Below are positions 43,783-53,429 of a stretch of DNA of 64,000 bases, piece by piece. The first letter of the stretch is position 1; each line of letters begins with the position of its first letter. Source of the stretch: an uncultured delta proteobacterium (lineage in GTDB: Bacteria > Desulfobacterota > Binatia > UBA9968); contig CAWJBB010000046.1 in assembly GCA_963840855.1 (NCBI GenBank), positions 64,001-128,000 of the forward strand, in the 5' to 3' direction. The position numbers were made by a program, and so were the translations under genes. The notes beneath the pieces were generated by a model. The model was not told where the DNA came from. It was given only the letters and a program-made list of their open reading frames with translations, and did no database searches.

Positions 43783-44088
43783 TTACCGACGGCGCTCGTA
43801 AACTTTCCTACCGCTCGCGCTGTAGTGATAACGACCGCCACGCGGTCCAATGTATGTAACTAGAGCTTCCTGTGAACTAGACTTTCGCTCGCTCAAACTC
43901 GACTTGGATTTATCCGGTGATTCCGTTTCAGTGGCTTGGGCACGATGGCAATGATAACCGCCGTTCTTTCTGTCATGATGGCAGCCCTTTGCGTCAAGGC
44001 CTCCGCCGTGCGGGTAAGCCGGAAGTGCTAGAAACAACAAGAACAAAAAGTTAACAACAGACCAAAGGCACAACGAAGCTGGTTTCAT
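43783..44088 (-). CDS. YHYH-domain secreted protein
   Basis: HGGGLDAKGCHHDRKNGGYHCH and GPRGGRY. Confidence 0.85.
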   Translation of the reverse strand: MKPASLCLWSVVNFLFLLFLALPAYPHGGGLDAKGCHHDRKNGGYHCHRAQATETESPDKSKSSLSERKSSSQEALVTYIGPRGGRYHYSASGRKVYERRR

Positions 44089-44804
44089 AGAGCCTGCTTT
44101 CGCTAAGTTGGCACACGTGAACAGTCGATTCTTATTTTTGGAATCGGAATCTTAAAATTTTTCTACCCTAATCGCCCAAGGGAAGGGCGAAGAAAAGGGG
44201 GAACTAACTTCTCGGTTTTTAGCTTCAGCAACCCGCTGCATGTCCGCAATCTTCTGTCCGTACACTGCCGTAGCATCTACGGACAACTTCTGAACATCTC
44301 GGGCAGTGAGCAAGAATCAGTTGCCCCCAAATCGCCAGCGTTGCGCGATCGGCAGCATGGTCTTTCTCTAGAGGTCAGAGATTTGTCAAAGCCCAGGTTT
44401 CACGAGGGGTAGTGGTTCGAGTGGATACTCTAACCAGAGTATCAAAAAATTAAAAAAATTCTCTAGTTTATATTGACATCTCATGACAAAGTGTTGCCTG
44501 TTGGCGCCAAATACGGCCCGGATCAGCACCCCATCTCCCTAACGACCCGCAGCCTATCTCCGTCAAAAACCAAACCGTTAGGATTGGAAAACGATGCCAA
44601 AGAACCCCGTGGCACAAAGGCAACCGCCGAGCTGGATGTCGGAGTAGAGGGCGCTTACCGCCCTTGGGGCGGCCGTCGATTACGCATTAGAGAGCCCGCC
44701 GGGATAACATCGTTGTTCGGATCCACGACCGGAAAGACAAGGGGTGTCTTTTTTACACACCCACGGTGTCGAAAAAGCCACCTTATCAATCTCCAGCGCG
44801 CAGA

Positions 44805-45467
44805 TCATTGATTCACTGATTGCTTCTTTATCATGGCAGCCTGCACCGAATCATAGTAGGTGCTCTTCTTGTCCTGCGGCTTTGCGTCTTCATGCTCCTT
44901 GGATAGTGGAACAGCTAAAACCCACAACACAGGCTTATCCTTAAGCAGGGGCTTGTCCCGATAAAATTTCGTCACCGCCTCAGCAAGATCGCCAAACGTG
45001 TGTCCTGCAATCACTGCCTCAATGCGTCCAGACAGTTTTGATTCAGCTTCCTGTGGTGCAGTGAAGCTGCTTGAGCCAAACTGATAATCCAAATTTCTAT
45101 TTTGCTTCTGAGCGTCCACCTCTTGGCTGGTAACAGCGTGAATGTTACCGAGTGCCATAGCGATTTCGCTAACCCCTCTTAGATACATAAGTCGGGCCAA
45201 CAGACCGTTTTCCATCCACCATTTGCCGTCTACCATTCCCACTACCGTTGAATTGCCCTTTTTATGTGCTTCCTCAATATCCTGTTTGTCTTTAGTGACG
45301 ACGCGATCAATGAGTGATTCGATAGACAATGTCACCGATTCAGGTATCTCGATAGTCTTTTGTGCCGTATTTGAAGGGTACTGTTGGGTTATCCGGTCGC
45401 AACCTAATTGGATGAGAGCAAAACTCAGAGCCAGACAAAACTCTACGAGCGATCGAACGAACTTCAT
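44805..45467 (-). CDS. Putative lipoprotein
   Basis: Lipobox QLGC; 220 aa. Confidence 0.6.
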   Translation of the reverse strand: MKFVRSLVEFCLALSFALIQLGCDRITQQYPSNTAQKTIEIPESVTLSIESLIDRVVTKDKQDIEEAHKKGNSTVVGMVDGKWWMENGLLARLMYLRGVSEIAMALGNIHAVTSQEVDAQKQNRNLDYQFGSSSFTAPQEAESKLSGRIEAVIAGHTFGDLAEAVTKFYRDKPLLKDKPVLWVLAVPLSKEHEDAKPQDKKSTYYDSVQAAMIKKQSVNQ

Positions 45468-45605
45468 TGGGATACCTTCTGTAAAATAAACGGCCTCTCC
45501 ACGCCCCGATCAGCGAATGTTCATATCGTGGGTGGATTGGCGCACCTATATCGTAGCCGAGCGGACATGTTAGTGGCGTTGAACTCTAGGTTCATCCGCC
45601 GCGCT

Positions 45606-45920
45606 TCAAAGACCGGTGCATTGATAGGGGACTTTGACTATCCAACGATAACAGTCACCGCCCGATGCGTGAACGCACTGCCTCGTGGTTCCGCCGAACG
45701 CATGGGCATTTTCATAGCCCCATGCGCGGCACCTTTCTGCCGCCGTGGCAGCGGCGACATTTCTATCGACTTCCGGCTTCTCGAACATGCCGTACTCAAA
45801 ACCCATGCTCACGGTCCCGTCTGCGCGACTTCCGCCAAGCGGAACCATATCTTTTTGAACCGTACATCCGGCGCTGAGCATGAGCAGCATTGCTGCCATG
45901 ACGAGCTTGCGTCTTGTCAT
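45606..45920 (-). CDS. YecR-like lipoprotein
   Basis: SAGC lipobox; GGSRADGTV, RCRAWGY, AFGG, YQC. Confidence 0.85.
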   Translation of the reverse strand: MTRRKLVMAAMLLMLSAGCTVQKDMVPLGGSRADGTVSMGFEYGMFEKPEVDRNVAAATAAERCRAWGYENAHAFGGTTRQCVHASGGDCYRWIVKVPYQCTGL

Positions 45921-46717
45921 TTTTTTCTCCTTTTCAACTGGACTCGCACGTTTGCATCGTGCAGCTCGCGCTCGGCGAGTTTTTGCACGCGCTCTGGGGT
46001 GAGGTAAGTTTCGGCGTCTTTGAGCGTAGCTGAGCAATTCAGGTGCCAGTTTTTTCGCAACGGGTCTTTAGAGGGAACTATGAGGAATGCGGGGCTACCA
46101 CTATCGCCGCGCGGCTATAGCAAACTGGAAGGTCGTCGTAATCAACGCAGGAATGAGAAAGGGTTTTTCGTATCGCCGGACGGCGATAGCAGCGTACAGG
46201 GGTTGTTGGGACTTGAGGCCGTACTTTTTGACGAGGCGGAAGAGAGCGTTCTGGTTCATCTTTAACAGAACCGCCGCCTTATAGACGTTGCCTTCGGTCA
46301 GAGCCAGGGCCGTTAGAACCCCAGTGACTTAGATTTCGGTCCTGTTAAATAAACACGTTGGAACCGCCGACCCGGTGATGAAATAGCCTTTGTAGTCTTC
46401 CATAGCCGCCCGTCTATTATCGTCCAGCGGGCGGATGGTCAAGGCCCCCCTGCGCTGTCAAAGGGCCTCTTCCATGGTAAACATATTGAGAAACATTTTA
46501 CTGCAGGCGGAGGAGGGTTGGGGATGTGTTCTTTAACTCGGCTTGCCCTTCCGCTGAAAGCCGGGAGACCGACAGAAGGCAGCGATGCCACAGAAGAAAG
46601 CCGATCGCCTACAGCCTGAAAAATACGTAGGCAGCATTCGCGACCCAAACTATTCGTACGAAGAAAACCATTACGTTCTGACGCATTTTTTTCACGCTGG
46701 CCCTCACCCTCTGACGA

Positions 46718-47257
46718 GTGGAGTTTATAAACGTTGGGGGCACGGTCAGAGTGGAGACTCCCTTTTCACTATCGAGGAAAAGGAGGATCTCGCACGTTCT
46801 TACGCCAAGGAAATTGACCGGGTTCTCGGGCCCCCTTTTTCTCCAGAGGCAGGTTGCATTGACAGACCCCCCGCAAAGCCGCAAATTGAAGTCGAAAGGA
46901 AACCCGAAGGTGGACCCCCTAACGAACGCATACCTGCAGTGGATGTGCGACAACCAACCGGATTACGTCCGGGAGTTACTCCAGAAAAACCAGATAGGGG
47001 AACTGGACCGGGTGTTAGCCCTATCGGTGGACCCGGCGTGGAGGTTTTACCACCAGAGGAGGGCGGAGGGAAAGGAATACTCGGAGGCGATCGACCTGGC
47101 GATGGAGGCGTTGATACCGAGAGAAAACCCGGAACTGGGCGACCAGGAAGAGATGAGCCAAGAGGACCAGCAGTTAGTCAGGAAGAAACTCGAACGGAGA
47201 CAGGAGATCTGGGATTGGTTAACCGGGCTGCAAAGCCAACGACCCGGACAGGCGTAA
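46718..47257 (+). CDS. Hypothetical helical protein, nested out of frame within ORF 46585-47760
   Basis: Globular composition (YLQWMCDNQPDYVRELLQ...); start uncertain. Confidence 0.5.
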   Translation: MEFINVGGTVRVETPFSLSRKRRISHVLTPRKLTGFSGPLFLQRQVALTDPPQSRKLKSKGNPKVDPLTNAYLQWMCDNQPDYVRELLQKNQIGELDRVLALSVDPAWRFYHQRRAEGKEYSEAIDLAMEALIPRENPELGDQEEMSQEDQQLVRKKLERRQEIWDWLTGLQSQRPGQA

Positions 47258-47868
47258 ACCACGCCCCTGGATTTCCGGCCTCTTGTCAGCTTGCCACGTT
47301 TCATTTCTCAGTTCCGCCCGGCACCGTCGGCGGTGGTATTTCAATGGGCAGCACTTCCTCGTCGGGACGAAGGGGTCTAAATCGCGCGGTTTCGGCGGGA
47401 TTTGGTGGATTCCACGTGATTGCCTGCCAAGCGCACTCGGCGGGAGTCATTAAGGCCATCTTGCGCCGTAGCGCAATTGTCACACGGTTCGATTGGTCGT
47501 TTAAGTTCTCCAAGATGCTCGTGCCTGCATCCAGGCCCTCTGGCCGCATGGTTTTAATCAGATCCAGTGCCAGCCGCCTAGCTTCACGAGAGTCGGCGCG
47601 CGCCTTCTCAATCAGGTACGGTCTTTGTCTCGCCTCTAGAATCCCGCACGGATGCGGCGAACCGAAAGAAGAACCATGTGAGGGCAAGGTAGGCCGCTAT
47701 AATTCCCACCATGCCGACGAACAAATGCTTCATTGTAATTTTGCCCATGGGTCCGCGTGAGCCTTAAACCATGGCGGGCATTCTCCCCCCGGAAACCAGC
47801 CCAGGTCAACCTCAAATTCTGTTATTGATTTCTACCACCAAAAACTTCAAAGTCGCTTTGTAACCCAC

Positions 47869-47974
47869 GGGGTCTAGGGTAGCGCACCCGAAAAGCCGGT
47901 TAAAGGATGAACGCCAGTTCATCCCCTCCTGCCGGCCTGACCCCTTCATGAAAGCAGGAGGCCGTCAAGGAGGG
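47869..47974 (+). ncRNA. Structured leader RNA with downstream target repeats (element B)
   Basis: GGGGTC/GACCCC, GGGT/ACCC, GCCGG/CCGGC, GGATGAAC/GTTCATCC; CCTCCTGC complements 47954-47961, and CCCTCCT complements 47968-47974. Confidence 0.65.
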
Positions 47975-47978
47975 CGGG

Positions 47979-48737
47979 ATGAAAACAACCAAGAATACAT
48001 TCGATGTAGAATCTGCTTTTGTCTGGGGCCCTTGGCAAAAACAGATCCAAGAAACCTTCGACAAGGCCGGACCCATCATCGAAAAACTCTCGCCTGAGAT
48101 TGACCCAGGATATATTTATTACCTACTTCGAGAGCAGACTTATATCGCCATGAACAGGGCCAATGCTGACCAGCGGAAAATTGAACAATCGTGGGTCAAG
48201 TTATGTCATGCACTAGAGACCTTTCTGTCATGCGCTTTCGGTAGTAAACCTTTGCGAGAAATCGAGCGAGCTTTGGCGGAAGCCGCGGGAGAAGAGAAGG
48301 CAAAGCTGAAGCTACAGGTGAGACCAGAAGAACTAGCCCCTACGCCCTCTAAAGAAATGCTGAAGGCATTGAATAGCTATGCAGATGAACTCGGACTTCT
48401 GCGCTACAAGTGGGTGGTTAGCGAAGACCGGGCAGGTGGTAGACCACCTGCTGAGTGGACTAATGACGTGGCTTTTGCCATGGAAGTGCACTTTACTGCG
48501 AAGTTGGGAACGCCGCAGCGAAGGGTTATCAGTCAACTCCTCTTCTGTGCCCCCGCGGCGGCCTCCATATCCATGGAACAAAAACAGATTCGCCAGAGAC
48601 TTTCTAAGAAAAGAAGAGAAAACAAAAAGCCCATATTGTCTAACATGGCCTACGATCTAGAACGTCCCTACCGCGAATGGGTTGAAGCAGGAGCTAAAGG
48701 ACCGTGTCCCTCTTTTTGTCCACCGGTCAATTTTTAG
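47979..48737 (+). CDS. Hypothetical protein, first gene of the element B operon
   Basis: 252-aa ORF with AGGAGG RBS; GGRP motif and basic C-terminus. Confidence 0.7.
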   Translation: MKTTKNTFDVESAFVWGPWQKQIQETFDKAGPIIEKLSPEIDPGYIYYLLREQTYIAMNRANADQRKIEQSWVKLCHALETFLSCAFGSKPLREIERALAEAAGEEKAKLKLQVRPEELAPTPSKEMLKALNSYADELGLLRYKWVVSEDRAGGRPPAEWTNDVAFAMEVHFTAKLGTPQRRVISQLLFCAPAAASISMEQKQIRQRLSKKRRENKKPILSNMAYDLERPYREWVEAGAKGPCPSFCPPVNF

Positions 48738-48925
48738 AAAGCCCACGTCTGATACTCGGTTATCTGAGGAAACTTTCACAAAACTCGCCACGAACCTGCA
48801 CCAAAAATACGCGCAACCAAGACAAAAATAGGGAGCGATAAACCAGTTAGGGTTTATCGCATCGTGACAAAGGGGCTGAGAGTGGTCAAACTGCTCTCAG
48901 CTTTTTTATTTTCACGAGGTGAAAG

Positions 48926-49105
48926 ATGATTGAAGAACCCATCGACCCCGAAGGTGCGGCCAAGGTGCTCGGGATCAAAACGATCACCGTATACAAGTGG
49001 GTGCATGAACGGAAGATCCCCTTCCTTAAAGTCGGCGGCGCTCTGAGGTTTCGGCCTTCGGCGCTTGAGGAGTGGCTGCGCCAACGCGAATTTTCACCGA
49101 AATAA
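48926..49105 (+). CDS. Excisionase-like HTH_17 protein (not in the ORF track)
   Basis: MIEEPIDPEGAAKVLGIKTITVYKWVHERKIPFLKVGGALRFRPSALEEWL; GAGGTG RBS. Confidence 0.9.
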   Translation: MIEEPIDPEGAAKVLGIKTITVYKWVHERKIPFLKVGGALRFRPSALEEWLRQREFSPK

Positions 49106-49164
49106 AGACAGCAGCGCCCCGGACATGCTGGCAGGCAGCCGAGGCGCGAAAAGGAGAGAATGCG

Positions 49165-49350
49165 ATGCAACAGATCAATAGCACAAACACGAACGGTGAT
49201 TCAATTCCAGCACCACGGGCACGCTGTATCGTCGAGTTTCTCGAGGGCGATACCAGTCGGCCGCCCATCGTTTATCCACTGGGGGGTTGCGACGAGATCG
49301 ACATGGCGATGTGCGATGCGATCTTGGAGAGGTGGGGAGCGCGGGAATGA
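49165..49350 (+). CDS. Small hypothetical protein
   Basis: AAGGAG RBS; ATGA overlap with rep. Confidence 0.55.
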   Translation: MQQINSTNTNGDSIPAPRARCIVEFLEGDTSRPPIVYPLGGCDEIDMAMCDAILERWGARE

Positions 49351-50183
49351 GCGTCAAAGTCATGACCCGCGTCTGGGAATATTCCCAGGCCAAACACTCG
49401 GAGCTTCTTATAATGCTCGCGCTGGCCGACTGGTCCGACGATGCCGGCGCGAGTTATCCGTCAATCCCAAAACTAGCCCGTAAGGCGAGACTCACAGGGC
49501 GCCAGACCAGGCGGGCACTCAATGAACTGGAAACTATAGGTGAGATTCACCGGAACAGGAGCAACGGTGGCCGGGATCGTCCAAATCACTACCTCATAAT
49601 CCTCACTGAAAACCCTGACAAAATTACCCTGAAAAAAATACAGGGTAAAAATTACCCTGAAAAAAACGACCAAGAAACCCTAGTAAAAATGTCAGGGGCT
49701 CTTATACGTCATAGAACCGTCAATAAGAAAGAGAGCACGGAATCAGACAAGCTGATTCCTGATTCTCTTTCCACCAAATCGAAGAGAAAACTTACCCGGC
49801 CGGCGCCTGACGATCGGGTTAAACCGTTCTTGACTTGGTTCGCCGAAGAGTACGAGAGGCGCATCGGCGGACCGTACGCCCCCAAGTGGGGTAAGGATGG
49901 CAAGCTCATCAAAGAGCTTCCTCCGGCTTTCGACCTGCCGAGGCTTAAAGACCTGGCCGTTCGCTTCTTTGAGTCTCCAGATCCATGGGTCCGGCAAAAC
50001 GGCGGGTTCACCGTTGGCGTTTTCATTAGTCAGATAAACAAGATCAGTTCCACCGGACCCGGCAGCAACGGCCACACCAAGCCCACCGAAGTGAAAGACT
50101 TGGACAACGGCATGGTTGAGGTCGATGGGCGGTCTATGGATCGGCGGACATACGAAAGGCGATATGGAAGCACAATCAACTGA
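49347..50183 (+). CDS. Phage-type replication initiator (N-terminal HTH) with internal origin
   Basis: LIMLALADWSDDAGASYPSIPKLARKARL; ACCCTG repeats at 49608-49698. Confidence 0.85.
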   Translation: MSVKVMTRVWEYSQAKHSELLIMLALADWSDDAGASYPSIPKLARKARLTGRQTRRALNELETIGEIHRNRSNGGRDRPNHYLIILTENPDKITLKKIQGKNYPEKNDQETLVKMSGALIRHRTVNKKESTESDKLIPDSLSTKSKRKLTRPAPDDRVKPFLTWFAEEYERRIGGPYAPKWGKDGKLIKELPPAFDLPRLKDLAVRFFESPDPWVRQNGGFTVGVFISQINKISSTGPGSNGHTKPTEVKDLDNGMVEVDGRSMDRRTYERRYGSTIN

Positions 50184-51006
50184 ATCGGCCAAGTTTGTTA
50201 CCCAGGACGAAGCCCGTACCCGGTGGCTCAAATCTTTAGAGGCGCGCGACCATCGCCGCTATTTCAAATCAGGGTTCAAGGCACACGAGCAATCTGTAGG
50301 TGCATTCCTGCGCGGCTCATTCAATCTTTTTGCTGCGCGTCCAGGCGTCGGGAAAACTGCTTTCTTGTTCGCCCTCGCCTATCGCCAGGTGTTGGCCGGC
50401 GTAAGGGCTTATTTCTGCAATCTCGAAATGGGCGCCGAGCAAATGTGGAACCGGCTGGCATGTCTCCATGATGAGTCTCTAACGCTGCGCGAATTGAACG
50501 AAGGCGAAATAACCGACAACCGCGTCCAATACTTGACGGCGCTATCCGAAAAGCTGGCGGGGTTCTCGCCGTTGTTTTTCGAGAGCACCGAACTTAGGGC
50601 GCTGATTGCGGCGACCCAAGCGGAAATCAAGCCGTCGTCCGACTCGATCCTCTTTGTTGATTATATCGGCCTATTCACTGACAAGCGTTTAGGCCCGCAA
50701 GAGCGTTATTGGCTAATATCCGAATGCGCGAAGGCTCTAAAACTTCTCGCCCGTCAATTGGACATTCCCATCATCGCGGCTGTGCAACTCAACCGGCAGC
50801 TAGAAAACCGCAAAGATAAGACACCGACGCTGGCAGACTTAAGAGATTCGGGCGAACTCGAAAACCACGCTGATTCAGTATTCGCATTGACCCGCGAGGA
50901 TCGCGGCGTGTTGGAAATTGATTGCTTAAAAAATCGTCACGGTCCGCTTGCATCGTATTCCCTCCGATTCGACGGCCCGCGGGTGGCGCTGGAGGAATTT
51001 GATTGA
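50164..51006 (+). CDS. DnaB-like helicase (C-terminal ATPase domain only)
   Basis: ARPGVGKT, LEM, VDYIGL, QLNR, DLRDSGELENHAD, KNRHGP. Confidence 0.92.
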   Translation: MEAQSTESAKFVTQDEARTRWLKSLEARDHRRYFKSGFKAHEQSVGAFLRGSFNLFAARPGVGKTAFLFALAYRQVLAGVRAYFCNLEMGAEQMWNRLACLHDESLTLRELNEGEITDNRVQYLTALSEKLAGFSPLFFESTELRALIAATQAEIKPSSDSILFVDYIGLFTDKRLGPQERYWLISECAKALKLLARQLDIPIIAAVQLNRQLENRKDKTPTLADLRDSGELENHADSVFALTREDRGVLEIDCLKNRHGPLASYSLRFDGPRVALEEFD

Positions 51007-51755
51007 TGCAATTCACCGCGCCTTACGCCCTAATCGGCGACAGTGCAAACCTTGCGTTGCATCTTCACCCGGATCATCTGGCAGACTTGCGAGCGTCAGG
51101 CCTGCGCGATGAGACAATCCGCGCCGCCGGCGTCTATTCGCTCGCGCCACGATTCATTGAGCACTTTTTCGGGAGTGTACCAGCCGAGGTTCAAACCGCG
51201 CTTTGCTTTCCTTATCCGGGCGGCGACTTCGCTCGGATCAAGCTCTTTCCCGCGTTAGGTAAGATGAAATATTCCCAACCGCCCAAAACTGGCGCCCGGC
51301 TTTACCTCCCCTTCGAGGTGAAGGACGGCTCGTTGTACGTGTGTGAAGGCGAGAAAAAGACGTTGGCCGCACATCAGGCCAGCATGAACGCGGCCGGGAT
51401 TGGTGGGCTTTGGAATTGGCTGACGAAAGGTGAGCCCATTGATGACCTAAAACTTATCGAGTGGGACGGCCGTGACGTTATCATCATTCCAGATTCTGAC
51501 GTGTTTCAACGCCAAGACTTACTTAGAGCGGTTTATGCCCTGGGCCGCGAGCTGAGAGGGCGCGGGGCGTCGGTCAGCGTCGCCGAGATCCCGCAACCGG
51601 GACAGGAGAAGATCGGACTTGATGACTACTTTGTGGCGGGCGGGCGCGTCGATGATCTGCAAACGTGCACTCTTGGCGGGCAAACCTTCCGGTCAGCGTC
51701 ATTCTGGTATGGGCAATGGAAAATAAAAACGGCGACATTAGCGACAGCGGCGTGA
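51003..51755 (+). CDS. DUF3854/TOPRIM primase-like protein
   Basis: KYSQP, CEGEKK, GIGGLWNW, PDSD, KIGLDDY. Confidence 0.88.
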   Translation: MMQFTAPYALIGDSANLALHLHPDHLADLRASGLRDETIRAAGVYSLAPRFIEHFFGSVPAEVQTALCFPYPGGDFARIKLFPALGKMKYSQPPKTGARLYLPFEVKDGSLYVCEGEKKTLAAHQASMNAAGIGGLWNWLTKGEPIDDLKLIEWDGRDVIIIPDSDVFQRQDLLRAVYALGRELRGRGASVSVAEIPQPGQEKIGLDDYFVAGGRVDDLQTCTLGGQTFRSASFWYGQWKIKTATLATAA

Positions 51756-51799
51756 GGAGCAGGCGGCAACATAGGCGAGCGCAAGGAAGGGAAAAACCA

Positions 51800-52264
51800 A
51801 TGGAGGACGTGACTATGACTGACGCACAGGAGCTTTGGCTGATTGCCGAGAGGCGGAGAGCCTATGCTAAGAACGTGACGGCGCACGAGGTAGATTATAA
51901 CGTTGACGATGATGGGCTTGCGCACATCGTGGAGGACTCGATCAGCGAGTTTATCAGGTGTTGGTATACGTTCTACATCGAAGGCCAGACTTGCCGCCGT
52001 GATGCCGCTGTACTCGATTGGGCACCAATACGAGCGATGACGGCGGCGCTTCTCATGAATCCAGAGCGTCTACGCCGGGTCATCGAAGAGTTTCAAAAGA
52101 GGCACAAGTACAGGGAGGACGAGCTGTTCGACCCGGTAGTGGCGTTGATCAGCGAGAAGCTACTGGACGCAGCAGGTGCGATAAACGATGGTAATGAATG
52201 GACGGTGCCGCAGGATGTCATGGAGAAGCTGCGAGAAAATGCGCACCCAACGGTGCGGCATTGA
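51800..52264 (+). CDS. Hypothetical protein
   Basis: Operonic ORF with helical composition. Confidence 0.6.
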   Translation: MEDVTMTDAQELWLIAERRRAYAKNVTAHEVDYNVDDDGLAHIVEDSISEFIRCWYTFYIEGQTCRRDAAVLDWAPIRAMTAALLMNPERLRRVIEEFQKRHKYREDELFDPVVALISEKLLDAAGAINDGNEWTVPQDVMEKLRENAHPTVRH

Positions 52265-52356
52265 AAGCGGCGAGGGATGACTAGGCGGCGAATAGGCGGG
52301 CACTTTCTGAAGCCGATCCCGATTAAGCCTAACCAACGAAAAACCAACGAAAACCG

Positions 52357-52659
52357 ATGAAATTTCAGAGGGGCAACAAACTAGCCGCAGGCGGCCGACG
52401 CGATCCGGCAGGCGGGCGGCCTACAAGGGCAGCTCTCGAAGCGCAGGAAGCTAGACTCGCCGTCTGGCAAAAGGAATTGGAGAAAAACGAATTGATACTT
52501 GCGCGGCGCTACATCAAGCGAGCCATGAAATCAGACCGGGTTTTGATCGACGCTCGCAAGGCGACCGTACCGGATGCCAAGAAGGAGATCGAGCATTCCG
52601 GCGAGGTAGGCGTTCGGCCGTGGCTTGTCGATGCCTACGAGCCAAAGAAAAAGAAATGA
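52357..52659 (+). CDS. Terminase small subunit-like protein
   Basis: KFQRGNKLAAGG...GGRP N-terminus and KEIEHSGEV C-terminus. Confidence 0.6.
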   Translation: MKFQRGNKLAAGGRRDPAGGRPTRAALEAQEARLAVWQKELEKNELILARRYIKRAMKSDRVLIDARKATVPDAKKEIEHSGEVGVRPWLVDAYEPKKKK

Positions 52660-52852
52660 GGATGATTGCTCTTATTGGTCTGGGCCAGTTTTACGCGCCA
52701 AGCGCACAGATCGACTGCGACGCCGACCCGATAGCCCATGAGCGATAGATCGTCGTTTATGTACAGTGTGCACGCCGCAGAAATGCATCATTTGAAGGAA
52801 TGCTTCGCAATCAAATCATCGACGCCATGAAGGGTGGGCATAAGCGACTTCT

Positions 52853-53206
52853 ATGATCGAGCAAACCCTAAACCCGTTTGACCCGTTCTTCGAGAAGATC
52901 CGGGAAATTGTCCGCGAGGAGTTAAAGGCGGCCGGGAACGGGAACGGACACGGGGGCAATATTACCGAGACAGACAAAAAGGAACTGCAACGCTTGAAGG
53001 CTTTGGCGGCTGGAAAGGCGGCAGTCCAGGCAGGCGCATTGCTTACCGCCGAGCAATTGGCCGCGATGTTACAGGTCGACAAAGCGACGGTGTACGAACG
53101 AGTGAAGAAAAAAGCTATCCCTTTCTATCAGGCCGGGCGCTTTGTGCGATTCAATCTCGATGAAGTTTTAGAGAGTCAACGAAATAAAAACGACAATCCT
53201 TCTTGA
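52853..53206 (+). CDS. Excisionase-family HTH protein
   Basis: LLTAEQLAAMLQVDKATVYERVKKKAIPFYQAGRFVRF. Confidence 0.88.
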   Translation: MIEQTLNPFDPFFEKIREIVREELKAAGNGNGHGGNITETDKKELQRLKALAAGKAAVQAGALLTAEQLAAMLQVDKATVYERVKKKAIPFYQAGRFVRFNLDEVLESQRNKNDNPS

Positions 53207-53238
53207 CGGACTGTAAGTATTATGCTTATAGTGGGTTT

Positions 53239-53427
53239 GTGACTGGCAGGGACTTCAAGAAGATGCGGCTTGCGAAAGGCTACAGTCAATCACAGTTAGC
53301 GCGTGAACTGGACGTGCATGTGGTGACGGTTTCAAAGTGGGAGAGGGGAGTTGTACCGATCCCGCGCATGGCCGAGCTGGCGCTTTCGTCCTTAAAGCCC
53401 AGGTCAAAACCAAAGAAGGGGGTTTAG
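53239..53427 (+). CDS. XRE/Cro-like HTH, probably leaderless
   Basis: RLAKGYSQSQLARELDVHVVTVSKWERG; GTG lies 6 nt after TTGACG-18 nt-TATAGT. Confidence 0.85.
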   Translation: MTGRDFKKMRLAKGYSQSQLARELDVHVVTVSKWERGVVPIPRMAELALSSLKPRSKPKKGV

Positions 53428-53429
53428 CT

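Noticed and set aside
46215-46400. Fis-type HTH gene (ALALTEGNVYKAAVLL...LVKKYGL, minus strand)
   Set aside because: Interrupted by an in-frame stop and has no clear start; at most a fragment.
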